A stretch of 64,000 nt of DNA from positions 1,440,001 through 1,504,000 of the forward strand of contig CAWJDT010000001.1 of assembly GCA_963841735.1 (NCBI GenBank), written 5' to 3'. The position numbers and the translations under genes were made by a program. Positions 9,726-19,550 of this stretch are shown here, one piece after another (the stretch's first letter is position 1; each line of letters opens with the position of its first letter). A model generated the notes under the pieces. It saw only the letters and a list, made by a program, of their open reading frames with translations. It did not search any database and was not told where the DNA came from. Source of the stretch: an uncultured Actinomycetes bacterium. Its GTDB lineage: Bacteria > Actinomycetota > Thermoleophilia > RBG-16-64-13.

Positions 9726-11471
9726 TCAGGCCGGGGGCAGCCCCTCAGCGCCCCAGCCTCGTTTGATCCAGTAGATCCTTACTCGTCTGCGCAGTTCCTC
9801 GCGGTCCACCGCGGGGGCCTTGTCGGTCGGCTCGCGGAAGAAGCGCTCGGCCACGGTGTCGTCGGCTGGGGTCATGCCAAAAGCGAAGTTGAGCCGGCGG
9901 ATGCGGGTGAGGATATCGGTCGACAGCTCCTCCAACTGTTCTTTGGTGACGGGGCCGCCGTTCAGTTGCGCGACCGCCGATGTCAGCCGGTCCCAAGTGA
10001 GAAGATCGCGGTAGAAGCGGCACATGGTTAGGCTGTCCATCAGCAGCATGCGGTCTTCCCAGTCGATGTAGGTCTGGACGTAGGCATCATCATCGAGGCC
10101 TTCCAGCAATCCACCGAGCTCCGGTTTGTAGAAAGTGGCACGTAGATGACAGGCACCACGGACGCTCAGCGCGTAGCCGAGTGACATGCTCTTGAGCCTG
10201 CGGGGATCATAGCCGGCGGGGTCCATGCCCTTGGAAGTGATGGACCACTCGCTCATGCCCAGCGCCGCCAGGGCTTCATCCATCCCCCGGGCCAGTATCT
10301 CCCCGGTGGGAGTGGATCGGGTAGCTATGGCCTCGAGTAGGGCGGCTATGGCCTCGACGTCTCCGGGGGCGGGGCCGTCGTCCAGCCGGCCCAACTGCTT
10401 CGCCTTGATGGCGACGGCGACCAGATTCCCGCCGGTTATGGTATCCAGCCCCAACAGGTTGCAGCGCTCACTCAGCTTGGCCACGTCCCTGGCGTGTTTC
10501 ACCATGCAGGAGCCGCCGAAGGTGTAGATGGTCTCGTATTCGGGGGCGTGCAGCTCGCGACCAGTCTCCGGTCCTTCAGTAAGAATGAGGCGCTTGCGGC
10601 AGCGTAACGGGCAGGGGGGGCAGGTGTCGTGCTTGATCTCGGCCCACTCCGTCCAGTGTTCGGCCTCCAAGGTGGCCCGGTGAGGGGCCGCCCCCTTGCT
10701 GAAGAAGTCGGTGGGGAAGGTGCCGGCTTCGTTGAGTAGGGCTACCATGACCGGGGTGCCGTATTTGTGGTAGGTGGTGGCCGTGGGGGAATCCACAGCC
10801 AGCTTGGAGATCTCGCGCCTGGTCTGTGCGAAGTGCTCCTCGGTCTCCAACTTGGCCGCGCCGGGCGAGGTGACGGTCACGGCCTTGAGCAGCTTGCTGC
10901 CGAACACCGCTCCCAGACCTCCTCGGCCCAGGGTGTGAGCCCGCTCGTGCATCACGCATGCCGAGTGCACCAGCTTCTCACCGGCAACGCCTATGCAGAG
11001 CACCGCCGAGCGCTTCTCCAGCGTGGGCAGCAGGGCGTCCTCCGCGACTAGAGTGTCCTTGCCCCACAGCTCCGTCGCCGGCGACAGGGTCGCCCCTCGC
11101 TCGTCTATGTGCAGGCGCACCGGCTCGCGGGCCGTCCCCTTGATCACCACGGCGTCCCAGCCGGTTTCGCAGAAGGCACGGGCGAATGACCCACCGCAGT
11201 AGGTCTCCAGCCAGATGCCGGTGAGCGGACTCCTGGTGAAAGCAGCGAACCGGTCTGAGCCCGACATAGCGTAGGCCGCGAGGCGGCTGGGCGTCAGAGC
11301 GATGATGTTCTCGGGTGAGAGGGCATCGGCTCGCGGATCCAGGTATGCCTCCAGCAGACTGATCCCGAGCACCTTTCCGCCCAGCCCGAGGGCGCCTGGA
11401 GGGCTGAGGGGCTCTATGTGCGCTAGGCCTGTGGAAAGATCGACCACAAGGATCTTCCCTACGTCACCCAT
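9726..11471 (-). CDS. aor: Tungsten-containing aldehyde:ferredoxin oxidoreductase family protein
   Basis: RSPLTG, GRGGLGAVFGSK, EYET, GLDTI, RGACH, DSLTMC. Confidence 0.88.
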   Translation of the reverse strand: MGDVGKILVVDLSTGLAHIEPLSPPGALGLGGKVLGISLLEAYLDPRADALSPENIIALTPSRLAAYAMSGSDRFAAFTRSPLTGIWLETYCGGSFARAFCETGWDAVVIKGTAREPVRLHIDERGATLSPATELWGKDTLVAEDALLPTLEKRSAVLCIGVAGEKLVHSACVMHERAHTLGRGGLGAVFGSKLLKAVTVTSPGAAKLETEEHFAQTRREISKLAVDSPTATTYHKYGTPVMVALLNEAGTFPTDFFSKGAAPHRATLEAEHWTEWAEIKHDTCPPCPLRCRKRLILTEGPETGRELHAPEYETIYTFGGSCMVKHARDVAKLSERCNLLGLDTITGGNLVAVAIKAKQLGRLDDGPAPGDVEAIAALLEAIATRSTPTGEILARGMDEALAALGMSEWSITSKGMDPAGYDPRRLKSMSLGYALSVRGACHLRATFYKPELGGLLEGLDDDAYVQTYIDWEDRMLLMDSLTMCRFYRDLLTWDRLTSAVAQLNGGPVTKEQLEELSTDILTRIRRLNFAFGMTPADDTVAERFFREPTDKAPAVDREELRRRVRIYWIKRGWGAEGLPPA

Positions 11472-11522
11472 GTCTGCCTCCTAGGGATGCGAGACGCCTC
11501 CCTAAAGCGGTAGCCGTCTGCG

Positions 11523-12836
11523 CTAGCCGTTCGCCGCGGACGCGGTCACTTGGGCCAGCGTCTCTTCAAAGATGTCCAGTCCGCGAGCCAGCGTCTCATC
11601 CTCGATAGTGAGCGGGACCAGGACGCGGACCACGTTATGGTAGGTGCCGGCTCCCACGTTGATCACGCCGTTCGCGTACAGCGCCGCGCGGAAGGCCTTG
11701 GCGAAGTCGCCCGCCGGCTTCTTGCTCGCCGGATCCTCCACGAGTTCGATGGCCGCCATGGCCCCGATGCCGCGCACGTCGCCGATCATCGGGTAGGTCT
11801 TTTGCAGGGCCCGGAAGCGGGCGCGGATGCGGTCGCCCAGAACAGTGGCCCGTTGCAGCAGTCCCTCGCTCTCAATGATGTCGAACACCGCCAGTCCAGC
11901 CCGGCAGGCCGTCGGATTGCCGCCGAAGGTCGTACCCACACCGCTCGGGTGAACGGTGTCCATGATCTCCTGTCTGCCGGTGATGCCCGCAATGGGGAAG
12001 CCGGCGCCCAAGGCCTTTGCGGTGGCCATCAGGTCGGGGGCGACGCCCCAGTGCTCCATTCCGAACCATCTGCCGGTCCGGCCGATACCTGTCTGGATCT
12101 CGTCGGCAATGAGCAGGATGCCGTGGTCCTCACAGATCTTCTTGATCTTGCCCATGTATTCCGGGGGAGGCACGATGAACCCGCCCTCACCTTGCACCGG
12201 CTCGGCAAGGACCGCGGCCACATCTTCGGCGGCCACGTGTTTGTCGAAGGCGTTTTGCAGAAAGTTCGCGCATTCACACTCGCAGCCCGGGTAGGACAGA
12301 GCCAGCGGGCAGCGGTAACAGTACGCATAGGGGATGCGGTAGATATCGGACGCATACGGACCGAAACCGACCTTGTAGGGACTGACCTGCGAGGTGAGGC
12401 TAAGGGTCATGTAGGTGCGCCCATGGAACCCGTCTTCGAAGGCGATGATCGACTTGCGGCCGGTGGCGTAGCGCGCCACCTTGACGGCATTCTCGACGGC
12501 CTCCGCACCTGAATTGACAAAGAAGGTGCGTTTGGCCGAATCGCCGGGCGCCACCTGGTTCAGCTTCTCTGCCAAGCGCAGATAAGACTCGTAGCCCACC
12601 AGCCCGAAACAGGTATGCGAGTACAGCTCGGCCTGCTCCTTGACCGCGGCGACCACCTTGGGATGACAGTGCCCTACATTCAGCACGCCGATGCCGGCGG
12701 CGAAGTCCACGTATTCCCGGCCGTCCACGTCGGTTACGAGCGCGTTCTTCGCTCTTGCCACATAGACAGGAGCCGCGGCGGCGACCCCGCGGGGGATGTT
12801 CGCAGCCCGGAGGGCGGTGATCGAAGCGTTGTCCAT
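11523..12836 (-). CDS. gabT: 4-aminobutyrate aminotransferase (class III PLP)
   Basis: DFAAGIGV, NSGAEAVENAVK, FHGRT, EPVQGEGG, DEIQTG, AK (PLP Lys); ATG 12836 with GGAGGA SD. Confidence 0.88.
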   Translation of the reverse strand: MDNASITALRAANIPRGVAAAAPVYVARAKNALVTDVDGREYVDFAAGIGVLNVGHCHPKVVAAVKEQAELYSHTCFGLVGYESYLRLAEKLNQVAPGDSAKRTFFVNSGAEAVENAVKVARYATGRKSIIAFEDGFHGRTYMTLSLTSQVSPYKVGFGPYASDIYRIPYAYCYRCPLALSYPGCECECANFLQNAFDKHVAAEDVAAVLAEPVQGEGGFIVPPPEYMGKIKKICEDHGILLIADEIQTGIGRTGRWFGMEHWGVAPDLMATAKALGAGFPIAGITGRQEIMDTVHPSGVGTTFGGNPTACRAGLAVFDIIESEGLLQRATVLGDRIRARFRALQKTYPMIGDVRGIGAMAAIELVEDPASKKPAGDFAKAFRAALYANGVINVGAGTYHNVVRVLVPLTIEDETLARGLDIFEETLAQVTASAANG

Positions 12837-12993
12837 GACTCCTCCAGTACTGAGAGCACCGCGACGTAGCGTGCCTGGTTCAATGGGCCGGTGTTGCCGT
12901 GAGGGTACCATGACGTAGACGCTCGCGCCTTGAATAGCCCTGCATCTTGAGTAAACTTGTTAGCTGTCCCCCGCAATCGCCGAGGAGTTCATC

Positions 12994-14673
12994 TTGAAGA
13001 GCACCAGTCAAAGCGTCTATTCGGGTCCTACGCGGGCACCTCACCGTTCGCTTCTGCGCGCGCTGGGAGTAGGCCGTGGGGACGCCGGCAGGCCACTCAT
13101 AGGTGTTGCGAACTCGTACAACGAGCTCATACCCGGCCACATGCATCTGAACACGCTCGCTCAGCACGTGAAGTTCGGTGTGTACCAAGCCGGGGGCATG
13201 CCGCTCGAATTCAATGTCATAGGAGTCTGCGACGGTTTGGCCATGGGCCACGAGGGCATGCACTACTCTCTGGTCTCGCGCGAGGTCATTGCCGACTCGG
13301 TGGAAATCATGGCCAAGGCCCATGCCCTTGACGCCTTGGTCTTCGTCACCAACTGCGACAAGATCGTGCCGGGCATGGTCATGGGTGCCGCCCGCCTCGA
13401 TATCCCCGCGGTGGTGGTGTCCGGCGGACCGATGCTGGCGGGTGACTACGAAGGCAAGAAGGTCAGCCTTTCTCAGATCTTCGAGGGAGTGGGCCGTTAC
13501 TTCAAAGGCGACTTGTCCGAAGAAGGCCTGGCCGAGATGGAGGATTCGGTCTGTCCCACCTGCGGCTCGTGTGCTGGGCTGTTTACAGCCAACTCCATGA
13601 GCTGCGTGACGGAGGCCCTAGGGCTGTCGCTTCCTGGCGACGCTACCATTCCGGCTGTCTATTCGGCCCGCCTTCCCTTGGCGCGCCAGAGTGGAGTGGC
13701 CGCAGTCGAAGCGGCCCGCAAGGGTTGGACGGTTCGTCGCTTCATCACCGAAGCCAGTGTCCGCAATGCGCTTGCGGTCGATGCCGCTCTGGGTTGCTCC
13801 AGCAACACGGTTCTGCACCTGATGGCCATCGCCACCGAAGCTAACGTTGCACTGAAGCTTGAGACTTTCAACGAGGTGGCCGACCGCACACCGAACATCG
13901 TGAAACTGTCTCCGTCGGGCACCAACCATATGGAAGACCTGCATCGGGCCGGCGGGGTCATGGCTGTGATGAAGCGGTTAGCCGAAGCCGGACTGGTGGA
14001 CGGCGCGGTCCCGACAGTCGCTGGCGTGGATATGACCATGCAGTACGAGGCCGCCGTCATCCGGGACGAGGAGGTCATCAGGCCTCTGGATCGACCCTAC
14101 CGCTCCACTGGTGGCCTGGCCATGCTCTTTGGCAATCTGGCCCCACGGGGTGCTGTAGTCAAGGAATCGGCAGTGCTTCCAGAGATGCTGGTGCATGAAG
14201 GTCCGGCCGTGTGTTTTGACGACGAGGCCAGCATCATGGAGGCCATCGAGAAGGATAGGGTCAAGCCGGGCTCTGTGGTCGTGATCCGCTATGTGGGTCC
14301 CAAGGGCGGTCCGGGCATGCCCGAGATGCTCACTCCCACTTCGGCGTTGGCCGGAGCGGGGCTGGACCACAGCGTCGCTCTCATCACCGACGGCCGCTTC
14401 AGTGGAGCTAGTCGGGGGGCCAGCATCGGTCACGTGGCTCCCGAAGCGCTCGACGGAGGTCCTATCGCTCTGGTCGAAGACGGGGACCTTATCAGCATCG
14501 ACATCCCCAAGCGGATCCTCACCCTCAAGATCACCGACGAAGAGATGGACCGGAGGAAGACGGCGTGGCAGCGCCCGGCTCGACAGTATTCGGGCGTGCT
14601 GCGCCGCTATGTAGCCTTCGTCTCCGGGGCGGAGACCGGGGCGGTACTGGGCGACGGAGTCTCCGACTCCTGA
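12994..14673 (+). CDS. ilvD: Dihydroxy-acid dehydratase
   Basis: [50 protein letters not shown]. Confidence 0.97.
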   Translation: MKSTSQSVYSGPTRAPHRSLLRALGVGRGDAGRPLIGVANSYNELIPGHMHLNTLAQHVKFGVYQAGGMPLEFNVIGVCDGLAMGHEGMHYSLVSREVIADSVEIMAKAHALDALVFVTNCDKIVPGMVMGAARLDIPAVVVSGGPMLAGDYEGKKVSLSQIFEGVGRYFKGDLSEEGLAEMEDSVCPTCGSCAGLFTANSMSCVTEALGLSLPGDATIPAVYSARLPLARQSGVAAVEAARKGWTVRRFITEASVRNALAVDAALGCSSNTVLHLMAIATEANVALKLETFNEVADRTPNIVKLSPSGTNHMEDLHRAGGVMAVMKRLAEAGLVDGAVPTVAGVDMTMQYEAAVIRDEEVIRPLDRPYRSTGGLAMLFGNLAPRGAVVKESAVLPEMLVHEGPAVCFDDEASIMEAIEKDRVKPGSVVVIRYVGPKGGPGMPEMLTPTSALAGAGLDHSVALITDGRFSGASRGASIGHVAPEALDGGPIALVEDGDLISIDIPKRILTLKITDEEMDRRKTAWQRPARQYSGVLRRYVAFVSGAETGAVLGDGVSDS

Positions 14674-14778
14674 CGTCTCTCCCCAGGCGGTCTCTACGAT
14701 CTCCCGGAGGCTCTATCGGACCCGATTGAGGGTCCGGTGTCCGGGCAAACGCGGTTGTAAAGGATAGCGGAACGCACC

Positions 14779-16464
14779 ATGAAAGCATCCACAGTGATCC
14801 TGGAAGCGCTTAAGCGCGAAGGGGTCGACACGATATTCGGGTTTCCGGGAGGGCAGGTCATCCCTCTCTACGATGCCCTGTACGAATTTGACATCAATCA
14901 CATACTGGCAAGGCATGAGCAGGGGGCCGGCCACATGGCCGACGGCTATGCTAGGGCTTCCGGCAAGGTGGGAGTCTGCTTGGCTACGTCCGGGCCGGGC
15001 GCGACCAATCTGGTCACGCCCATCGCCAACGCCTATATGGACAGTGTGCCCATGGTGGCCATCACCGGACAGGTGAGCCGTCATCTCATCGGCCTGGATT
15101 CGTTCCAAGAGGCCGATATCACCGGGATAACCTTGCCGGTGGTCAAGCACAGCTACTTGGTTAAAGACGCCAAGGATCTGCCTCGCATCATCCGGGAGGC
15201 CTTCCATATCGCCGGCACGGGTCGTCCCGGCCCGGTGCTCATAGACATCCCGGTGGACGTCACCAAGGAAGACATGGACTACGACCCCGACGATGTGCCG
15301 GCTCTGCACCTGCCCGGCTACAAGCCGAACGTCAAGGGTCATCCCAAACAGATCCGCGAGGCCGCTCGAGTCATCGCCGCGGCCGAGCGTCCGGTCATCT
15401 ATGCCGGGGGAGGGGTGATCATCGCCGACGCTTCCGAAGAACTGCGCGCGGTGGCCTTCTACGGTCACATCCCGGTGACCACCACACTCAATGGCAAGGG
15501 CTGCTTCCCCGAAGACCATCACCTCGCCATGGGTATGCTGGGCATGCACGGCACTCCCGCCGCCAACTACGCCATCAGCAAGTCCGACCTCATCATCGCG
15601 GTGGGCGTGCGTTTCGACGACCGGGTTACGGGCAATCTCCAGGCCTTCGCTCCCGAAGCCCAGTTCATCCACATCGATCTGGACCCGGCCGAGATCTCCA
15701 AGAACGTGGCCATCGACGTGCCCATCGTCGGCGATGCCAAGAAGGTGTTGACGGCGCTCCTGCCCGAGCTCAAGAAGCTCGATCTTTCTCCCGACCGGCA
15801 TCTTCCCTGGATGGAGCAGGTGGAGACCTGGAAGCGCGACCACGCTCTGGCGGTGCGTCCCTCAGACGACGGCGAGATCATGCCGGAGTATGCGGTGAAC
15901 AAGATATGGGAGGTCACCAAGGGCGAGGCCATCATCACCACCGAGGTCGGTCAGCATCAGATGTGGGCGGCACAGTACTACCTTGCCCGGCATCCCCGTC
16001 GGTTCATCAGCTCGGGCGGTCTGGGCACCATGGGTTTCGGCTTTCCGGCTGCCATCGGAGCGCAGGTGGCCTGTCCCGGTTCCCTTGTGGTCGATATCGC
16101 GGGCGACGGGTCCTTCCAGATGACGCTGCAGGAGTTGGCCACGGCGGTGCAGTACGACCTGCCGGTGAAGGTGTGCATCCTCAACAATCAGTACCTGGGC
16201 ATGGTGCGCCAATGGCAGGAACTCTTCTGGAACAAGCGGTACAGCAACACCTGCATCGAATGCCAGCCTGACTTTGTGAAGCTGGCCGAAGCCTACGGGG
16301 CCGAAGGCTACCGGGCGACGGATCCCAATGAGCTGGAGGACGTGCTGCGCACGGCGCTGGCCACCGACCGACCCGCCGTCATCGACATCCGGGTCAACCG
16401 CGAGGCCAACGTGTTTCCCATGATCCCGGCCGGCGGAACCGTGCACGACATGATGGAGCGCTAG
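14779..16464 (+). CDS. ilvB: Acetolactate synthase large subunit
   Basis: RHEQGA, TSGPGATN, GQHQMW, SGGLGTMGFG, ThDP motif GDGSFQM...NN. Confidence 0.97.
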   Translation: MKASTVILEALKREGVDTIFGFPGGQVIPLYDALYEFDINHILARHEQGAGHMADGYARASGKVGVCLATSGPGATNLVTPIANAYMDSVPMVAITGQVSRHLIGLDSFQEADITGITLPVVKHSYLVKDAKDLPRIIREAFHIAGTGRPGPVLIDIPVDVTKEDMDYDPDDVPALHLPGYKPNVKGHPKQIREAARVIAAAERPVIYAGGGVIIADASEELRAVAFYGHIPVTTTLNGKGCFPEDHHLAMGMLGMHGTPAANYAISKSDLIIAVGVRFDDRVTGNLQAFAPEAQFIHIDLDPAEISKNVAIDVPIVGDAKKVLTALLPELKKLDLSPDRHLPWMEQVETWKRDHALAVRPSDDGEIMPEYAVNKIWEVTKGEAIITTEVGQHQMWAAQYYLARHPRRFISSGGLGTMGFGFPAAIGAQVACPGSLVVDIAGDGSFQMTLQELATAVQYDLPVKVCILNNQYLGMVRQWQELFWNKRYSNTCIECQPDFVKLAEAYGAEGYRATDPNELEDVLRTALATDRPAVIDIRVNREANVFPMIPAGGTVHDMMER

Positions 16465-16466
16465 CC

Positions 16467-16952
16467 ATGAAGCATACTCTTTCAGTGCTGGTGGAGAACA
16501 AACCGGGCGTGCTGACTCGGGTGGCCGGGCTCTTTGCCAGGCGCGGGTTCAACATCGACAGCTTGGTGGTCGCGGAGACCGAGAACCTGGAGCTGTCACG
16601 CATGACCATCACGGTGGACGAGCGCGACCAGTCTGTGGAACAGCTGACGAAGCAGCTACACAAGCTCATCAACGTTCTAAAGATCACGTCTCTCGATCCC
16701 GACTCCAGCGTGGAGAGGGAACTGCTGCTCATCAAAGTCAAGGGCGACACCGTCTCGCGGGCCGAGATCATGCAGATCGTGGAGATCTTCCGGGCCAAGA
16801 TCGTGGATGTGGGCAGCGAGGTGATGGTGATCGAGATGACCGGCGCGCGCGAGAAGGTGAGCGCCTTCATCGAACTGCTCCAACCGTTCGGAGTGGTGGA
16901 GCTCATGCGTACCGGACGGCTTGCCATGAGCCGGGGTTTGCGGGCCACCTAG
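16467..16952 (+). CDS. ilvN: Acetolactate synthase small (regulatory) subunit
   Basis: ACT domain VENKPGVLTRVAGLFARRGFNI; follows ilvB. Confidence 0.97.
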   Translation: MKHTLSVLVENKPGVLTRVAGLFARRGFNIDSLVVAETENLELSRMTITVDERDQSVEQLTKQLHKLINVLKITSLDPDSSVERELLLIKVKGDTVSRAEIMQIVEIFRAKIVDVGSEVMVIEMTGAREKVSAFIELLQPFGVVELMRTGRLAMSRGLRAT

Positions 16953-17140
16953 GAGGCTGCCGAAGAACGAAGCCACGCCGTCAAGACACGCTGGCCGACG
17001 CGATAGCACGTCCTCGCCGGCGATCGTGCCCTGACGACGCATCGTCACTATTCAGCAGTCTATAGCGACTCTGGGAGCCGGTCGGGCTCCCGATTGTGTT
17101 ACCGTCTTAGAACGCATCGAGACAGAAGGAGCAGACAAAC

Positions 17141-18139
17141 ATGCTATACGACAAGGACGGAGATCTGGGTCTTCTCGAAGGGAAGACCGTGGCAGTTATA
17201 GGCTTCGGTAGCCAAGGGCACGCGCATTCGCAGAACCTCAGGGACAGTGGGGTCAAAGTCGTAGTGGCCGAAGCTCCGGGCACGCCGGCATGGGATAGGG
17301 CAGCAGCGGCGGGCTTCGAGGTGTTGACGGCGGATGCCGCAGCAGCTGTGGCCGACGTCATAATGATGGTCGTGCCCGATCAGACGCAGAAAGTGGTCTA
17401 CGACACCGCTATTCGCCAGAATCTAAAAGACGGCGACATGCTCATGTTCGCTCATGGGTTCAACATCCACTACAGCCAGATCATCCCGCCGGCAGGCGTG
17501 GACGTGACCATGGTGGCCCCCAAGGGCCCGGGTCATCTGGTGCGGCGGGTCTACACCGAGGGCGGCGGCGTGCCGGCCGTGGTGGCCGTCTACCAGGACG
17601 CTACCGGCAAAGCCCGAGACCGTGCTCTGGCCTATGCCAAGGGCATCGGCTCCCTGCGCGCCGGCGTCATCGAGACTACCTTCAAGGAAGAGACCGAGAC
17701 CGACCTGTTCGGTGAGCAGGCGGTGCTGTGTGGCGGGGTGAGCGAGCTCATCCGCGCCGGTTTTGAGACTTTGGTGGACGCGGGCTACCAGCCGGAAGTG
17801 GCCTACTTCGAGTGCCTGCACGAACTGAAGCTGATCGTCGACCTTATCCATGAGCACGGCATCAGTGGGATGCGCTACTCGATCTCCGACACCGCCGAGT
17901 ATGGTGACATGACTCGGGGCAAGCGCATCATCAGCGAAGAGGTCCGCGAAGAGATGGGGTACATCCTCGAGGAGATCCAGACCGGCGAGTTCGCCAGGGA
18001 GTGGATCCTGGAGAACATGGCCGGCCGTCCGGTCTACAACGCCATCAAGCGCGAAGAATCTGAGCACGAGATCGAGATAGTGGGCCGGCAGCTGCGCGCC
18101 ATGATGCCCTGGCTGGGCAAGAGCGGCAAGCTGGAGTAG
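17141..18139 (+). CDS. ilvC: Ketol-acid reductoisomerase
   Basis: [37 protein letters not shown]; AAGGAG SD. Confidence 0.97.
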   Translation: MLYDKDGDLGLLEGKTVAVIGFGSQGHAHSQNLRDSGVKVVVAEAPGTPAWDRAAAAGFEVLTADAAAAVADVIMMVVPDQTQKVVYDTAIRQNLKDGDMLMFAHGFNIHYSQIIPPAGVDVTMVAPKGPGHLVRRVYTEGGGVPAVVAVYQDATGKARDRALAYAKGIGSLRAGVIETTFKEETETDLFGEQAVLCGGVSELIRAGFETLVDAGYQPEVAYFECLHELKLIVDLIHEHGISGMRYSISDTAEYGDMTRGKRIISEEVREEMGYILEEIQTGEFAREWILENMAGRPVYNAIKREESEHEIEIVGRQLRAMMPWLGKSGKLE

Positions 18140-18196
18140 TAGGCACCCTGCTCGGCCGCCCGGGCGAGTGCCGGGCGGCGCGAGGTGTCGTCTTGA

Positions 18197-18227
18197 GTCG
18201 GGCCCGCAGCGCTGCTGCGGGCCCGAC
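18197..18227. terminator. GC-rich hairpin between convergent ilvC and LysR
   Basis: Perfect 14-bp stem GTCGGGCCCGCAGC/GCTGCGGGCCCGAC with 3-nt loop. Confidence 0.6.
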
Positions 18228-18310
18228 CTGCGCTCCGGCCTCGGCCGCGCCGGCCAGCCATCCAAGACTGTAGGTGCCGGACCGTGCCTCGCCGCCCTGT
18301 GGCGAGGCCA

Positions 18311-19285
18311 CTAACCGGGGAGAGCAGAGCCCGGCGCGGCGTCCTCATTGTCGGTCGGCGCTGGTGTCAACGGTCCGATGTTACCTGGGACCGGGTACTT
18401 CATGCGCTCTACCACCCGGGCACGCACGTGTGCCATCAGCATCTGCGCGGACCGGGTGTGAGACCGGTCTTTGCTACGAATGAGGTTGAGGTCACGGGTG
18501 AGGCCACCCTTCACCTCCAGCGTGGCCAGACCTTCCCGGCCCAATCCACTGAGGGCCAGGTTGGGTAGTAGCGATACGCCAAGACCTTGGCGAACGAAAT
18601 TCTTGAGTGACTCGATTGAGCCTGCCTGGTAAGCAACCCGGGGCTCAAAACCGGCCCGGCGGCAGGCATCGACTGTCTGGGTCGTCAGGTTGAAGGCGTT
18701 GGTGGGCATCACGAAGTCGTCGAAGGCGAGCTCCGACAAGTCGATCATCCTGCGCTCCGCGAGACGATGTCTGGGTGAGGTGATGACAAGCACTTCCTCA
18801 CTGCCCAAAGGGACGACGTCCAGGCTTTGGGGTGACCCCGGCGCCGTGACCACGGCAAAATCTAGAGAGCCGCTGTAGACCCGGTGTTGCAGTTCCAGAT
18901 CTCCGCCTTCGGCCACCTCGACTCGCACCCGCGGGAAGGCCTCGTTAAATGAGGCCAGCAGGGTGGGCACCAGGTAGGCTGCCACCGAGGGGTTGGCGCC
19001 CAACCGGACGTCACCGGTCTCGACGCCCGACCGGTCCTGCAGCAGCCGCACCGCCTCGCTGGCCCGGGAGAGGACCGAGCGGGCCAGTGGCAGAAAGATC
19101 TCGCCATCGGAGGTGAGGCTTATCCGCCTACCCTTGCGGTGAAACAGCTGTGTGCCGAGTTCCTCTTCCAGGCGTCGCATCTGGTAGCTTAGGGCCGGTT
19201 GCGTGACGTGGACGACTGCGGCTGCGCCCGTGAAGCTCAGCGTCTCGGCGATGGTGACGAAGTACCTTAGCTGGGTCAGTTCCAT
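18311..19285 (-). CDS. LysR-family transcriptional regulator
   Basis: MELTQLRYF...SFTGAA...VTQPALSYQMRRLEEELG HTH plus substrate-binding domain. Confidence 0.96.
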   Translation of the reverse strand: MELTQLRYFVTIAETLSFTGAAAVVHVTQPALSYQMRRLEEELGTQLFHRKGRRISLTSDGEIFLPLARSVLSRASEAVRLLQDRSGVETGDVRLGANPSVAAYLVPTLLASFNEAFPRVRVEVAEGGDLELQHRVYSGSLDFAVVTAPGSPQSLDVVPLGSEEVLVITSPRHRLAERRMIDLSELAFDDFVMPTNAFNLTTQTVDACRRAGFEPRVAYQAGSIESLKNFVRQGLGVSLLPNLALSGLGREGLATLEVKGGLTRDLNLIRSKDRSHTRSAQMLMAHVRARVVERMKYPVPGNIGPLTPAPTDNEDAAPGSALPG

Positions 19286-19292
19286 GTCTACG

Positions 19293-19358
19293 ATAAAAAT
19301 AGCCTATAGTACAGATAGAAACAACGTATTGGAATTATGGGTAGTTCGTGTGTATATT
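19293..19358 (+). promoter_or_regulatory. Tandem LysR T-N11-A boxes overlapping a divergent sigma70-like promoter
   Basis: ATA-N9-TAT at 19293-19307 and 19315-19329; TTGGAA (19329-34) N18 TATATT (19353-58); AT-rich patch. Confidence 0.7.
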
Positions 19359-19364
19359 GCAAAT

Positions 19365-19485
19365 CGCTGAGCACTGATATACCGCTATCCAGGGAACCCC
19401 CCCTCCCAGATGGTGGCAGTGTTGAGCAGCTTTCCCGCAGCATAGTCGACTCCTCCCCCAACGGAGCCGGCTATGCTACTTTTTT
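19365..19485 (+). ncRNA. Candidate small RNA: two stem-loops with C-rich loops, ending in an intrinsic terminator
   Basis: Hairpin 1 about 19367-19427 (loop ACCCCCCC); hairpin 2 19439-19477 (AGCATAGTCGACTCC/GGAGCCGGCTATGCT, loop TCCCCCAAC) then T6 at 19480-85; promoter upstream. Confidence 0.6.
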
Positions 19486-19550
19486 GGGCAAAATCGCCCA
19501 GGGGCGGCCTCTCGTGAACATCCGAGGTTTCATGGTGTCGGAGCCTTCAC

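Noticed and set aside
12840-12993. Leader-peptide attenuator or T-box before ilvD
   Set aside because: No Ile/Leu/Val-rich mini-ORF, T-box sequence or terminator visible; the gap is a short divergent promoter region
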